DNA of 64,000 nt. Source: an uncultured Acetatifactor sp. GTDB lineage: Bacteria > Bacillota > Clostridia > Lachnospirales > Lachnospiraceae. Made by a program: the position numbers and the translations under genes. Positions 62,990 to 64,000 of this stretch are shown piece after piece. The notes under the pieces were generated by a model. It did not search any database, was not told where the DNA came from, and saw only the letters and a program-made list of their open reading frames with translations. Each line of letters begins with the position of its first letter. Within the stretch, counting starts at the first letter, position 1. The stretch is taken from assembly GCA_910580225.1 (NCBI GenBank), contig CAJTXE010000004.1:3821-67820 (forward strand), read 5' to 3'.

Positions 62990-63178
62990 TTATGCTAACT
63001 GCATAACCTCGGCTTCAAGTTCCCTTAATTCGTCTAATGATAGTGAGGGAACACATAACGCAATTTCTTCAAGTGATAGTTTCCCCATTTTTATCATTCT
63101 TTCTGCGGTTTCTTTTGCACTTTCTAATACTGCTTTCTGTGCCGCTTCATTCCTCATATCTTCCATAATTTTACACAT
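62990..63178 (-). CDS. In-frame intragenic small protein (62 aa), Rpn_S-like antitoxin candidate
   Basis: AAGAAAGGAG RBS 8 nt before an in-frame ATG (MCKIMEDMRNE...QLA) inside the nuclease gene. Confidence 0.65.
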   Translation of the reverse strand: MCKIMEDMRNEAAQKAVLESAKETAERMIKMGKLSLEEIALCVPSLSLDELRELEAEVMQLA

Positions 63179-63811
63179 TTGAGCAACTCCTTTCTTGTCC
63201 TGCTTGAAATATCTTGCTTTTTTAGCAAGTGCTTCATAGTTCATATCTTCGGGATTGGTACATGAAAAATCATGCATCAGCTTGCCAATTTCATCATTGC
63301 CCCTATATTTCCCATTAACATATATGATATGCGAACCGTCACCAAACAATACTTTATTTTCCCCGATAGTGATATATCTTTCTACTGGATATATTGGCTG
63401 ATTGCCTTGTATAACATCATTTTCCGTAATAAAAATCACATAGCTGTCGGGAATATCTTCTGTATCGTCACTCGGTTTTAATATATGTGCGTCCAACAGA
63501 CTGCTGTTATGTCTTGCCCTCTTTGCGCCTGCTCCTGCGTCCTTCCTTTGAATTTCTACATCAAATTCTTTTTTCGTACTATCAATCGCATGAACATCTA
63601 AAATAGCTGAACGTCCTTGCAAATTCTTCAACGGCTCTTGTGTCCGAACCAATTTAACCTTTATATCATTCCGTCCTAAAACAATCCGAAGTATCAGTTC
63701 CACGCCCTCAAAATTATCTGCAAGACAGACTGTCATAAAATCATCGTCCATGTATCGGAGTGATTTCAAGCGCTCTAAATCCTGCTGATGCGTCTGCTCT
63801 ATTGTGTTCAA
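62990..63811 (-). CDS. Rpn-like PD-(D/E)XK nuclease
   Basis: MDDDFM, LDV-x-A-x-D, DVEIQ, KRAR, YVIFITE-x-D; variable helical C-terminal tail; TTG start. Confidence 0.88.
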   Translation of the reverse strand: MNTIEQTHQQDLERLKSLRYMDDDFMTVCLADNFEGVELILRIVLGRNDIKVKLVRTQEPLKNLQGRSAILDVHAIDSTKKEFDVEIQRKDAGAGAKRARHNSSLLDAHILKPSDDTEDIPDSYVIFITENDVIQGNQPIYPVERYITIGENKVLFGDGSHIIYVNGKYRGNDEIGKLMHDFSCTNPEDMNYEALAKKARYFKQDKKGVAQMCKIMEDMRNEAAQKAVLESAKETAERMIKMGKLSLEEIALCVPSLSLDELRELEAEVMQLA

Positions 63812-64000
63812 AATATCGTCTTCTTTCGCTGTTTTTATTATACATCAGATAATTTCATTTGAAAACTGCATTTTTATGGAGTTTTCTTGCTTTCTATACA
63901 CTCTGACGCTGTGTTGCTTATTTAGTTGTGATTGTGGTAAATAAGCATTTAGCCTTTTAATCCTCGTGACTGCCTATCCATATCTTCAATGACAATATCA

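Noticed and set aside
62990..63811. Autonomous transposon built on the PD-(D/E)XK transposase annotation
   Set aside because: No flanking inverted repeats or target duplication around the gene, and this family is not shown to transpose

Overview
Window from a spore-forming Firmicute chromosome; gene content and order suggest Lachnospiraceae/Clostridiales (inference). Bases 1-44,700 are mostly GC-rich housekeeping DNA: xth, a DUF2264 protein, murT-gatD, dcd, a FASII operon (acpP-fabK-fabD-fabG-fabF-fabZ-accD/A fusion-fabH-fabT, with no accB/accC), cls, an ECF sigma/anti-sigma pair, fsa, a SASP, glgC-glgD, a surface pullulanase, a ParB/Srx-like-BMP fusion with a metallophosphoesterase, HD/NUDIX/CutC/EAL genes, hisS, aspS and an Sfp-type PPTase. 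Two unusual elements stand out. (1) A module occurs twice (22.6-24.7 kb and 45.3-47.4 kb): a ~600-aa internally duplicated two-HTH helical regulator, convergent with a small secreted propeptide. Both peptides end in I-x-P-x-x-D-L plus a short tail, suggesting an RRNPP-like peptide-signalling family. Both regulators are frameshifted. (2) From ~45 kb an AT-rich accessory island carries an unusual biosynthetic cluster: a BtrH-like Cys-His-Asp acyltransferase, a stand-alone ACP, a radical SAM enzyme with a CX7CX2C motif, an acyl-AMP ligase, a HemN-like radical SAM enzyme, an Fe-S aldo-keto reductase, several ABC exporters, an unannotated 52-aa Cys-containing peptide and a broken peptide-maturase-type radical SAM gene. 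The window ends in an Rpn-like PD-(D/E)XK nuclease with an intragenic RBS-ATG for a probable small antitoxin. No rRNA, tRNA or CRISPR array was seen. All calls are from reading motifs by eye; no database searches were run.
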